A DNA stretch of 64,000 nucleotides from an uncultured delta proteobacterium (lineage in GTDB: Bacteria; Myxococcota_A; Polyangia; Palsa-1104), in the NCBI GenBank assembly GCA_963785725.1, contig CAWAWS010000022.1, positions 1 to 64,000 of the forward strand, written 5' to 3'. A program made the translations under genes and the position numbers. This document shows, one piece after another, positions 43,014 through 52,586 of this stretch; the first letter of the stretch is position 1, and the number at the start of each line of letters is the position of its first letter. The notes under the pieces were generated by a model. That model was not told the origin of the DNA, did no database searches, and saw only the letters and a list, made by a program, of their open reading frames with translations.

Positions 43014-45473
43014 TCATTTCCCGTCGTCGGCCAGCGCGGTCTTGTGGAGGCGAGGCGCTGCGCTCAGTCGCTCGAGCTCGTCGGAGTAGGCGGTCAACAT
43101 CGGCGTCCGCTCGTGGGTGAGCGCGAGCGTCTTGGCCACCGCCGCCTGCGCCGCGGCGATGTCGCGCGTCGGGTCACGATGTGCGGCGACCGCGGCCGCC
43201 GCCGCCAGCGTGCGCGCGCCCGCGTCCGCCAACGCCGCGCGATAGCCGTCGCCATAAGCGCGCGCCCGAGCGACGGCCGCCAGCGCCGCCGCGACCGCCG
43301 CGTCCGCCGGCTGGCCATGCGCCAGCTGCTCCCGTCCGCGCTGGGTCTCGATCGCCGCCGCGGTCACCTCGAGCTTGAGCGCGCTCTTGGCGTCGGGATT
43401 GGAGCCGAGACCGCGCTGAATGACCGCGATCGCGCCGTCGAAGTCGCCCTGCAGCCGCAGCGTATTGGCGAGCAGCCGATAGTGGTTGATGAAGCGCGGG
43501 CGCAGCGCCACCGCGCGCTCGGCGAGCGGCCGCGATTCGGCGAGCAGCGCGCGCGCGTCCTGCCCCGCGGTCTCCGCCAGCTCGGCGCGGCGGTTGAGCG
43601 CGATCGCCAGCTTGCTCAGCGCCGCATCGCTGGTCGGATCCACGCGCACCGCCGCGCGGCAAGCGTCGATGGCCACGTCGTCACGCCGCGGCGCGCCCGG
43701 CAGCGGCGGCAGCTCGAGGATGCGATCGTAGAGCCGGCACAGCTGGAAGCGGGCGTCGAAGTCGCTGCGCGCGATCTCGGCCGCCGCCAACAGCACCGTC
43801 TCCGCGCGGGCATATTCGGCGCGCGCGTGCACGAGGTCGCCCTTGCCCGCCAGCTTGTGGCCGAGCTGAGACGACGCGCTGCCCTCGAGCCGCCGCGCCT
43901 CGAACAGCAGCGGATCGTGGGCGAAGGCCTGCTGCGCCTCGGCGCGCGCTTGCGGCAGCCGATCGTTGACGTAGTCGATCGTCGCCTCCAGCAGCGCCCC
44001 GTCGACGTTGGACGCGCTGCGGGCGCGCGCCAGCCACTGCCCTGCCAAGGCTCGGGCGTCCCGTTCACGCGCGTGATCGTGCTCGTCGGCCGCCTCGCGC
44101 GAGGCCTCGTCGCGATCGCGCTCCCACAGCCGCTCCCACGCCTCGCCGAGCGCGTAAGCGACCTCCGGCGAGCGCTGCCCGGCGGCCCACGCGCGCTCGA
44201 GCTCGTCGCGCGCGCTGTCGAGCTCGCCGAGCGCGAAGTGGCCGCGCGCCAGCGCGTAGTCACCCGGTCCGACGGCGAGCCGTCCGGCGCGGGCGACCTC
44301 CTGCGCGAGCGCGTCCAGCTTGTGGCGCACCGAATCGCGATCGCGCGTGATGTCGTGCTCGGGCATGAGCGCCGAGACGCGCATCACCTGCTCGCTCTCC
44401 GCCGCCGCCCGCGCATAGCGCTCGGTCAACGCCGCCAGCCGACGCGCGTCGAGCCGCGTCTTGACCTGCCAGCCGAGCAGCCCGACGCTGACGCCGAGCG
44501 CCAAGAGCGACACCGCCGTCACGGAGCGGTGCCGCTTGACGAACAGCTGGGCGCGATAGATGCGGCTCGGCGGCCGCGCCAGAATCGGCCGCCCGTCGAT
44601 CACGCGCGCCAGATCGTCGGCCAGCGCGCGCGCCGAGCCGTAACGGCGGTCGGGCTCCTTCTCGAGGCACTTGAGGACGATGGTCTCGACGTCCGCCGGC
44701 AACGAAGGCACGAGCCGGCAGAGGCGCGGCGGCGGCTCGTTGAGCGTCTTGACGATCAGCTCCGCCGTCGTCGCGCCTTCGAACGGCGGCCGGCCGGCCA
44801 AGAGCGCATAGAGCGTGGCGCCGAGCGCGTAGACGTCGGAGCGTCCGTCGATCGCCGCCAGATCGCCGCGCGCCTGCTCGGGCGGCATGAACGCCGGCGT
44901 ACCCAAGACGGCGTGCGACTGCGTCAGCGTGGCGTCGCGTGGGTCGCGCGCCAGCCCGAAGTCGGTGACGAAGGGCAACAGCGCGCCGTCCTCGCGCCGC
45001 TCGCACATGATGTTCGACGGCTTCAGGTCGCGGTGCACGATGCCGAGCGCGTGCGCCGCCGCCACCGCTTCGGACACTTTTTGCAGGACGCGCAGCTTGT
45101 CGTTCAGCGTCAGCTCGGTCAGGAGCTGCGTCAGCGTCTGACCGTCGATGAGCTGCATGACCACGAAGGCGCGCCCCGCGACCGTGCCGACTTCGTAGAC
45201 CTTGCACACGTTGGGGTGGTCGATGCGCGCCTGCGCCATCGCCTCGCGCTCGAGCCGGCGCGTCCAGCCCGGGTCGGCGCCGTGCACGAACTTGATCGCC
45301 ACCAGGCGCTGCAGCTGCGTGTCGCGCGCCTTGAAGACCATGCCCATGCCGCCTTCGCCGAGCAGGTCGACGAAGGTGTAGCGCGGCCAGTCGGCGGGAA
45401 ACTGCGCCGCTCGCGGATCGACGCGCTGGCGCCCGGGTGGCGACGCCGCGGTGACATCGTTGGGAGAAGCCAC
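43014..45473 (-). CDS. Ser/Thr protein kinase with TM and TPR-like C-terminus (start uncertain)
   Basis: LGEGGMG, VAIK, HRDLKPSN, DFGL, GTPAFMPPEQ, DVYALG. Confidence 0.92.
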   Translation of the reverse strand: MASPNDVTAASPPGRQRVDPRAAQFPADWPRYTFVDLLGEGGMGMVFKARDTQLQRLVAIKFVHGADPGWTRRLEREAMAQARIDHPNVCKVYEVGTVAGRAFVVMQLIDGQTLTQLLTELTLNDKLRVLQKVSEAVAAAHALGIVHRDLKPSNIMCERREDGALLPFVTDFGLARDPRDATLTQSHAVLGTPAFMPPEQARGDLAAIDGRSDVYALGATLYALLAGRPPFEGATTAELIVKTLNEPPPRLCRLVPSLPADVETIVLKCLEKEPDRRYGSARALADDLARVIDGRPILARPPSRIYRAQLFVKRHRSVTAVSLLALGVSVGLLGWQVKTRLDARRLAALTERYARAAAESEQVMRVSALMPEHDITRDRDSVRHKLDALAQEVARAGRLAVGPGDYALARGHFALGELDSARDELERAWAAGQRSPEVAYALGEAWERLWERDRDEASREAADEHDHARERDARALAGQWLARARSASNVDGALLEATIDYVNDRLPQARAEAQQAFAHDPLLFEARRLEGSASSQLGHKLAGKGDLVHARAEYARAETVLLAAAEIARSDFDARFQLCRLYDRILELPPLPGAPRRDDVAIDACRAAVRVDPTSDAALSKLAIALNRRAELAETAGQDARALLAESRPLAERAVALRPRFINHYRLLANTLRLQGDFDGAIAVIQRGLGSNPDAKSALKLEVTAAAIETQRGREQLAHGQPADAAVAAALAAVARARAYGDGYRAALADAGARTLAAAAAVAAHRDPTRDIAAAQAAVAKTLALTHERTPMLTAYSDELERLSAAPRLHKTALADDGK

Positions 45474-45622
45474 GCCAGCGCATCTTAACGCGTCGCCGGC
45501 CGCGCGCGAAGTCGACGGCCGCACAGCGCCGCTGTCGGCAGAGGTGAGACGCGTCCGTAGCGCGAACACACGAGGAGACGTTCGGCCGCACGCGTCCGTC
45601 GCCAGCGCCGTACAATCGCGTC

Positions 45623-48600
45623 GTGCCCGCCGGCGCCCGCGACGAGCCTTCGCTCGACCCGACGATCGACAGCTTCCTACGCGAGGCGGCGCAGACCTCG
45701 CTCGTGAGCCAGCCCGGACAGTTCACGGGGACCGAGCGCTACGAGCTCACGCGGATCATCGGCGAAGGCCGCTTCGGCGTGGTCTTCGAGGCGATCGATC
45801 ACGTGCAGGGCGGCCGCGTCGCGCTCAAGCTGCTGCGCCACCGGCGCCTCGCGGACCAGGAGCGCCTCGAGCGCGAGCTGCGCGCGCTGCGCGCGCTCCG
45901 CCAGCGCAACCTCGTGCGCTCGTACGAGCTGACCGCGTGCGGGCACGAGCTCTTCGTGACGATGGAGCGGGTCGATGGCCTGCCTTGGCTCGAGCACGCG
46001 CGGCAGTCGCCCGAGCGTATGCGCGCGACGTTGACGCAGCTCGCCGCCGCGCTGCAGGCCCTGCACGACGGCGGCTGGGTGCATGGCGACGTCAAGCCCG
46101 CGAACGTGCGCGTGGAAGCGACGGGACGCGTGGTGCTGCTCGACTGCGGGCTCGCCCTCGAGCCGGAGGATCGGCCTTCGCCCGCGCTCGCCGGCACGCC
46201 GCTCTACGTTTCGCCCGAACAGTGCGCCGGCCAGCCGCCGGGTCCGCCGAGCGACTGCTACGCCGTCGGCGTGATGCTCTATCAGGCGCTGACCGGCCGC
46301 GCGCCCTTTGCCGGCAGCGTCCACGACGTGCTGGCGGCCAAGCGCGCGGGCGTCGTGGTGGCGCCGAGCGCGGTCGCGACCGTGCCGCCCGATCTCGACG
46401 CGCTGTGCGTCGAGCTCTTGGCGCACGAGCCGGCGCGGCGGCCGACCGCGGGCGAGCTCGGGCGTCGCTTGGGCGCCGCGCCGACGCCGAGCATGTCGAC
46501 GAGCGCGCCCTTCGTCGGACGCGCGGTCGAGCTGGCCGAGCTCGGCGCGCTCGTCGATGATGCGGCGCGGGGCCGACGCGGCTTGGCCTGGCTCGCGGGC
46601 GCGCCGGCGCTCGGCAAGAGCGCGCTCGTCAATCGCTTCGCCGCCGACGTGACCGGGCGTGGCGCGACGTTGTTGCGCGGCCGCTGCGCGTCGCCAGAGG
46701 CGCGCGCGCTCGGCGGGCTCGACGAGGTCATCGACGCGCTGGCGAGCCAGCTGCGGCGTCACGACGCGCCGAGAGTCGACCTCGCGCCCGCGGACGCGCT
46801 GGCGCTGGTCGCGCTGTTTCCCGCGCTCGCCGCCGTGCTGCCCGACGCGCGCGCGACCGGGCTGAGCGCGACCGGCGACGCGCCGGCGCCACGGACCCGC
46901 GCGCTGACCGCGCTGCGCACGCTGTTGGCGCAGCTCGCGTCACAGCGCCCGCTCGTCATCTGTCTCGACGACGTCCACCTGGCCGATGCCGACAGCGCGG
47001 ACGTGCTGGCGGAGCTGGTGCGCGCGCCCAATCCGCCGCCCGTCGCGTGGCTGCTCGCCGTCGACGATACGGCGCCGAGCGCGCTGGTGACGCGCTGGCG
47101 GCAGCTGCGCGCGACGGTGCTGCGCGAGCTGCCGGTGTGCGAGCTGCACCTGCCGCCGCTCGGCGACGACGAGGCGCGACGGCTGGCGGCGCAGCTCCTC
47201 GGCGGCGACGACGAACGCGCGGCGACGATCGTTGGCGAGGCCGCCGGCAGCCCGCAGCTCGTGGTCGCGCTGGCGGCGCTCGACGGCGCAGGTCGGACGG
47301 TGCGCGCGCTCGCGACGGCGCAACTGTCGGCGCTCGACGGCCCGACGCGCCGCCTGGCCGACGTCGCGGCGGTCGCCGGCGACCCGATCGCGGTCACGGT
47401 CGCCGCCGCCGTGGCCGGGATCGCCGGCGACGCGGGCGCGGCCGTCTCCGCGCTCGCCGCGACACAGCTGTTTCGCACGCGCGATCGGCTCCTCGTGGCC
47501 GCGCATCCACGCGTCGCCGCCGCCATCGCGGACGCGCTGCCCGCCGACGAGCGGCGCCGGCTCTTGCGGGCGCTGGTGACGGCGCTGGCCGGCGCCGCCG
47601 CAGCGGCAGCGACGGCGCGCGATTTCGCGGCCGCCGCGCGCGACTACGCGCTGGCGATCGCGCTGCGCGCCGCGTCCGCCGACGACCGCGACGGCGCGCT
47701 CGAGCTGGCCTGGGCCGACGCGCTGGCGGCGACCGGGGCGGCGCGCGCGGCGGCCGCCGCCTATCAGCGAGCGGCGCCGCTCTTTGCGGGCGATCGCCGC
47801 GCCGTGCCGCTCGCGCGCGCCGCCGTCGCCCTCATGCACGCGGCCGACGTCGACGCCGGCGTCGCCGCGCTGGCCGGCGCGCGCGTGGTGCTCGGTCTGC
47901 CGCGTGACCGACGCGCGACGCCGCTGGCGGCGCTGGCGCAACGCGCGCTCGGCCGTCGTCACGGCGCGGGTCCGAGCGAGCCCGCCGATGCCGCGGCCGA
48001 GCTGGGCATCGCGCTGTGGCGAGTCGATCCGAGGCAGAGCGCCGAGCTCGCGCCGGTGCACGAGCGGCTGGCGCGCGCGTCGCGCGAGCCGGCGCGCCTG
48101 GCGACCGCGCGCGCGCTGGCGGCGGTCACGAGCGCGCTCGACGGCTCGCCCGCCGCGACGCGGACCGGCCGCGCGCTCGCCGAAGCCGGCGACATCGGCC
48201 GCGCCGCCGTCGCCGACACCGTCGCGCTTTTGGAAGGCCGCTGGGCGGAAGTGAGCGCGCCCGTCGACGACAGCGGAGACGGGCCGTGGCGCCGGCAGCT
48301 GCACGCACACGGCGACTGCGTTCGCCGGCTGGGCCTCGCCTGCGCCGGACGCGCGCCCGAAGCCGCGCGCGCCCTCGCGCCCAGCGACGCGCTCGAGGCC
48401 GCTTGGGCCGCGATCTTCAGCGCCTGGGCCGCGGTCGAGCGCGGCCCGAGCGACGACGCGCGCGCGGCCACGACGCGCGCCCGCCTGGCGCTACCCGAGC
48501 GCGGCTGGCCGTTCCCGGCGTGGTGGCAAGCGTTCGTCGCGGCGCGGCTCGACCTGATCGAGCGCGACGGCGCCGCCACGCTCGACGCCACGCTCCCCGA

Positions 48601-49042
48601 CGGACTGCTGCGCCGGACCGCCGTCAGCCACTTGCAGCGCACGCTCGCCGACTCGGTCCGCGCCAGCGCCGCCATCGCCCGCGCCGTGACCGCCTCCCCG
48701 TCGCTGCGCGCGAGCCTGGTGCGCGAGGCGTCGCGGCTGCGCCGGCGCCTCGACGACGCGGGCGCGCCCTGGTCGCCGGCGGCGGCACGCGCGCTCGGCG
48801 CCGGCATCGCGTCGGCGGCGCACGATCACGACCGCGCGCTGCAGCTGCTCGCCGAGGCCGAGACGCTCGCCGACGCCGCGCGCCTCGACGCGCTCGCCGC
48901 CGCGACCCGGCTGGCGCGCGGCCGGCTGATCGCCGGCACGACCGGACACCTGCTCGTCGAGCGCGCCACCGCGTGGACGCGCGCGGCCGAGGTCGCCCCG
49001 GCCGCGCTCTGGTCGCTCGTGCCCGGCCGCTGGCCGCGCTAA
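45623..49042 (+). CDS. Ser/Thr kinase fused to AAA/STAND-like ATPase and helical repeats
   Basis: IGEGRFG, VALK, HGDVKPAN, DCG, GTPLYVSPEQ; FVGR, GAPALGKS, LDDVHLAD. Confidence 0.85.
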   Translation: MPAGARDEPSLDPTIDSFLREAAQTSLVSQPGQFTGTERYELTRIIGEGRFGVVFEAIDHVQGGRVALKLLRHRRLADQERLERELRALRALRQRNLVRSYELTACGHELFVTMERVDGLPWLEHARQSPERMRATLTQLAAALQALHDGGWVHGDVKPANVRVEATGRVVLLDCGLALEPEDRPSPALAGTPLYVSPEQCAGQPPGPPSDCYAVGVMLYQALTGRAPFAGSVHDVLAAKRAGVVVAPSAVATVPPDLDALCVELLAHEPARRPTAGELGRRLGAAPTPSMSTSAPFVGRAVELAELGALVDDAARGRRGLAWLAGAPALGKSALVNRFAADVTGRGATLLRGRCASPEARALGGLDEVIDALASQLRRHDAPRVDLAPADALALVALFPALAAVLPDARATGLSATGDAPAPRTRALTALRTLLAQLASQRPLVICLDDVHLADADSADVLAELVRAPNPPPVAWLLAVDDTAPSALVTRWRQLRATVLRELPVCELHLPPLGDDEARRLAAQLLGGDDERAATIVGEAAGSPQLVVALAALDGAGRTVRALATAQLSALDGPTRRLADVAAVAGDPIAVTVAAAVAGIAGDAGAAVSALAATQLFRTRDRLLVAAHPRVAAAIADALPADERRRLLRALVTALAGAAAAAATARDFAAAARDYALAIALRAASADDRDGALELAWADALAATGAARAAAAAYQRAAPLFAGDRRAVPLARAAVALMHAADVDAGVAALAGARVVLGLPRDRRATPLAALAQRALGRRHGAGPSEPADAAAELGIALWRVDPRQSAELAPVHERLARASREPARLATARALAAVTSALDGSPAATRTGRALAEAGDIGRAAVADTVALLEGRWAEVSAPVDDSGDGPWRRQLHAHGDCVRRLGLACAGRAPEAARALAPSDALEAAWAAIFSAWAAVERGPSDDARAATTRARLALPERGWPFPAWWQAFVAARLDLIERDGAATLDATLPDGLLRRTAVSHLQRTLADSVRASAAIARAVTASPSLRASLVREASRLRRRLDDAGAPWSPAAARALGAGIASAAHDHDRALQLLAEAETLADAARLDALAAATRLARGRLIAGTTGHLLVERATAWTRAAEVAPAALWSLVPGRWPR

Positions 49043-49260
49043 ACCAGGGTTCGCAATTCTCGATCGCTTCGCGCTCGAGAATCGCGCCCTGATTTAGCCT
49101 CGATCAATGAGGGCGTGCCGCCCTCCCCGAATGGGCAAAGCCCATTCGGGTCCTCTCCCTGGTCTCGGCGCGACTCCGCGCCGACGCGAGCTTCGCTCGC
49201 TCGAAAGTCGCGGCCTATCGCGAATTACGATCGGCTATTGGGCGATGTGGGGCGAACGCG

Positions 49261-49644
49261 TCAGGTCTGCACGTCGGCCTGCCCGGCCTGCACGATCTGG
49301 ATGATGCCGCCCCACGCACACATGAGCTTGCACGTGTCGGTCAGCGCCGGGATGTTGGCGATGAGGATGTTGGGCGCGCCCGGCAGCCACGGCGCCGGCA
49401 GCGACGGCAGACACGGCATGGGGGTGAGCGCGCCCAGCGCCGCCGCCGTCGCCGCCGCCACTGTCGGATTGCCGAGGCTCATGCAGGTGGCGAACGGCGC
49501 CACGTTGGCCATCGGCGCGCCGTCGAGCGTCCCGCCGAGTGGCAAGAGCACCTGCGCCTGCGCTTTGGGCAGCACCGTCAGCGGCATCGGCGCCGCGCCG
49601 AACGAGCACTGCAGCATCGCCGTGCCGGTCACGAGGAACGGCAC
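49261..49644 (-). CDS. DUF4280 PAAR-like spike tip protein (IglG-like)
   Basis: LQCSFG, NVAPFATCMS, TPMPC, PW, KLMCAWGGII. Confidence 0.9.
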   Translation of the reverse strand: MPFLVTGTAMLQCSFGAAPMPLTVLPKAQAQVLLPLGGTLDGAPMANVAPFATCMSLGNPTVAAATAAALGALTPMPCLPSLPAPWLPGAPNILIANIPALTDTCKLMCAWGGIIQIVQAGQADVQT

Positions 49645-49645
49645 G

Positions 49646-50368
49646 TCAGTCTCGCGCCGCGCTGTCGCTCGGCACCATGACCGTGGCCTGACGACCGAGC
49701 GCGACCGCGGCCGTGCTGGCTTCGGCGGCTTGCCAATGGGCGCCGACCGTCGTCGCCAGCGACGCCAGCGAAAAGTAGAGCGCCAACACCGCCGCCGCCG
49801 CCAGCGCGTAGGGCCACGCCGGCGAGCGCAGCCGCGGCAGCGGCGCCACCGACGGGCGCTCCTCATCGGCATCGGGATCGGCCTCGACGGTAAACGCGGG
49901 CGTCGCGGCCAAGACCACGCGCAGCCGCTGCATCAGCTGCGCGCGCGACTCGGGGTCCTGCGCGTACTTGCCGCGAAAGCCGAGGTCGAGGCAGCACAGA
50001 TAGACCTCGTGCACCGGCGTCGCCGCTTTGGTGGTGTCGAGCAGCTCGACCAGCAGCTGATAAAACAGCTCGCCGCCGCGATCGGTGTCGAACAGCTCGC
50101 GCTGCAAGAGCGGCCAGGTGGCGTGGTCGGCCTCGGGGAAGGTCGTGCGCACCAGCTCGTCGAACTGCACCACCAGCGCGAACAGCATGAGGTAGCTGTC
50201 GCGTTCGCTGGCGCGCGCCGCCAGCGCCTGCTTGAGCGCCAACAGGCGCTGCACGAGGTCGGCGCGCAGCGGGCGCAGGTCGGCGGTCTCGGCCTGCATG
50301 CGCCCTTGCGACAGGATGCTCGCGGTCTCGAAGAGCGGGCGGAACAGGCGCAACAGGGACGGGTTCAT
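49646..50368 (-). CDS. tssL: T6SS DotU/TssL
   Basis: FDELV, WPLLQRELF, GGELFY, CLDLGFRGKY, C-terminal TM. Confidence 0.88.
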   Translation of the reverse strand: MNPSLLRLFRPLFETASILSQGRMQAETADLRPLRADLVQRLLALKQALAARASERDSYLMLFALVVQFDELVRTTFPEADHATWPLLQRELFDTDRGGELFYQLLVELLDTTKAATPVHEVYLCCLDLGFRGKYAQDPESRAQLMQRLRVVLAATPAFTVEADPDADEERPSVAPLPRLRSPAWPYALAAAAVLALYFSLASLATTVGAHWQAAEASTAAVALGRQATVMVPSDSAARD

Positions 50369-52032
50369 GCGGACTCCTTGGCCAAGGGGACGACCTCTTC
50401 GCGCAGCCGCGACAAGAGGCGGAACAGCTCGTCTTGCGCCTTACGGGCGAGGCCGCCCGAGCGCAGTTGGTGATGGCACCAGCGCGCGTCGACGGCGCCG
50501 GACTCGTCGCGGCGCGGCAAGAGCGGCGAGGCGATGATCTCGTCGGGAAGCTCGTCGGCGCCGAGCTCGTCGATGAGCGCGCGCTCTATCTCTTGGACGC
50601 CGGCGCTGCCGAATGTGAGCAACAAAAAACGGGCCGGCTCGCCGTCGGAGCGCGGATCGACGAGCGCGACGGCCGCGCGGCAGCCCGGCAGCGCGCCGGC
50701 CACGGCGACGGCGTCGGCGGCGGCGAAGCGGCGCCCGCCGGGACAAGCCGGCAGCGCGCCGCCCGAGAGCCAGCCGCGCCCGCGCGGCAAGACGATGGCG
50801 ACGGTCGGCTCGGGCTCGGCGGCGCCCGGCGGCGACACGAGGAGGCGACCCGGACCGGCCGACGTCGGCAGCGCCGGCTGCAGCAGATCGCCGAGCGACC
50901 AGGTGACGCCGGCGGCGGGCCAGACGTCGCAGTGCGCCTGCCCGCGCCGACGCGGCGAGAAGAGCGTCAAGCCGCCCGCCGCCGCCTCCCAGCGCAGGTT
51001 GCCGGCGTAGGTCGAATGCAGCGCGGCGGCCTCGATGAAGCGCTGCCACGGATCGAGCTGCGTCGACTGCAGCGGATCGCGGAACCAGGCATGCCAGCGC
51101 GCGCCCAACGGCAGCGGCTGACGGCAGACGAGCTCGCGCAGCCGCGGGCTCACGATCACGCTCTTGAACCACTGCGACCCGAGGAGCGCCGGCGACTGAC
51201 GGCACGCCTCCAGCGTCAGGTGCACGAACGTGGCGCCCGAGGCCAGCGCCGCCAGCAGCAGCGACGGCTCACGCCCCGGCGCCACGTCGGGCGCCGCCAG
51301 CGCGTCGCCGGGGCGCAGGCCGAGCGCGAGCGCGCCGTCGCAGAGCGCGGACGACAACAGCGCGGCGGCGGTCAGCGGCCGCGGCTGCTCGTGCGGCAGG
51401 AGCGTCGGATCGTAGAGTCGCAGGAGCGGCGCGTCGGCCTTGTTCGGCTGCGCCCGCTCGACGAGCGGCGGCAGGCGCTCGTCCGTCGACAGCGGCAGGC
51501 GCAGCGTCGCCGGCGGCAAGAGGCCGCGCTGCAGCTCGTCGATGTCGGCCAGCGCCGGCGCCAGCGCGGCGAGGCGGGCGCGCGCCAAGCGCCGTCCCGC
51601 GGGTGGGACCAGCGTCGTCACGAGGCCGAGCTTGAAGGCGGCCAACAGCGACAGCACCAGCTCGGGGCCGAAGCTGCGCACCAGCGCCAGCTCCTGTCCC
51701 GGCTCGGCGCCGGCGCGCCGCCACGCCTCGGCGCGCGCCGTCGTGAGGCGCGCAAGCTCGGCGAACGACAGCGACCGTCGCGTCGCACCGGCGAACCACA
51801 CCAGCGCCGGCGTCGACGACTCGGCGTGGCGCAGCAGCAGATCGTGATAGAGGTCGTGCGCGCCCGCGACCCGGCTGCGCAAGGGCAGCGGCCCGGCCGT
51901 GTCGTGCCACGCGAACAGGTCGGTGGAAAAGCGCCGCCCGTCGCGCCACGAGTCGATGAGCCACGGCGGCGGGTCGCAGGGCGCCCAGCCGTCGACGTCG
52001 ATGGTCTGCGTCAGCTGCGCCACGTCAATCAT
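50365..52032 (-). CDS. degenerate AMP-binding (acyl-CoA synthetase-like) fold protein within the T6SS operon
   Basis: DLYHDLLLRH, PALVW, LSFAEL, LLAAFKLG, LGLRPGD, LPDEI...LPRRDESGAVD; translationally coupled on both sides. Confidence 0.6.
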   Translation of the reverse strand: MIDVAQLTQTIDVDGWAPCDPPPWLIDSWRDGRRFSTDLFAWHDTAGPLPLRSRVAGAHDLYHDLLLRHAESSTPALVWFAGATRRSLSFAELARLTTARAEAWRRAGAEPGQELALVRSFGPELVLSLLAAFKLGLVTTLVPPAGRRLARARLAALAPALADIDELQRGLLPPATLRLPLSTDERLPPLVERAQPNKADAPLLRLYDPTLLPHEQPRPLTAAALLSSALCDGALALGLRPGDALAAPDVAPGREPSLLLAALASGATFVHLTLEACRQSPALLGSQWFKSVIVSPRLRELVCRQPLPLGARWHAWFRDPLQSTQLDPWQRFIEAAALHSTYAGNLRWEAAAGGLTLFSPRRRGQAHCDVWPAAGVTWSLGDLLQPALPTSAGPGRLLVSPPGAAEPEPTVAIVLPRGRGWLSGGALPACPGGRRFAAADAVAVAGALPGCRAAVALVDPRSDGEPARFLLLTFGSAGVQEIERALIDELGADELPDEIIASPLLPRRDESGAVDARWCHHQLRSGGLARKAQDELFRLLSRLREEVVPLAKESA

Positions 52033-52586
52033 GGTCCGACGCTCGTCAGGCTGCTCGGGTCGAACGACGGCGACGGCGACGACGACGCCGCCGACGGCAA
52101 GCTGGGCGCGACCGGTGGCGCGCCGTCGACCGCGTCGGCCGTGACCGGGGCCGCGGCCGGTTTGCGCGGCCGCTTGGGCGGTCGCAGCTGCAGCTGGTTG
52201 CCGTCGACGACGAGGTCGTAGCGCTCGTCGAGCGGCGGCAGCACCAGCGCCTTCCAGGCGTCGCCCGGGTCGAGCAGCAGCGCGTAGACGCCGATGGCCT
52301 GCCCCGGCGCCACCGTCACCACGAGCTTCTCGTCGTGGCCGGGCGACACCAGCCGGAGCAGCTTCACGCTCGGGTCCGGCGTCGTCGGATAGACCAGGGC
52401 GGCGATGCGCTGGTAGCCGTCGGCGGCGAACTCCTGCTCCTTGAGCGCGCGCACCACGACGTAGAAGCGGCGATCGTGGTTGGCGTGCAGCCCGGAGTGC
52501 AGCACCAGCGTCTGCTTGGCGGGCGCGCAGCCCGTCGCCAGCGCCAGCGCCGCCACCGTCATCGTCAGAGCGCGAATCGTGCCCAT
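52029..52586 (-). CDS. T6SS outer membrane lipoprotein, TssJ/IglE-like
   Basis: LATGC lipobox, ANHDRRFYVVVR, IGVYAL, WK; directly downstream of tssM. Confidence 0.65.
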   Translation of the reverse strand: MGTIRALTMTVAALALATGCAPAKQTLVLHSGLHANHDRRFYVVVRALKEQEFAADGYQRIAALVYPTTPDPSVKLLRLVSPGHDEKLVVTVAPGQAIGVYALLLDPGDAWKALVLPPLDERYDLVVDGNQLQLRPPKRPRKPAAAPVTADAVDGAPPVAPSLPSAASSSPSPSFDPSSLTSVGP

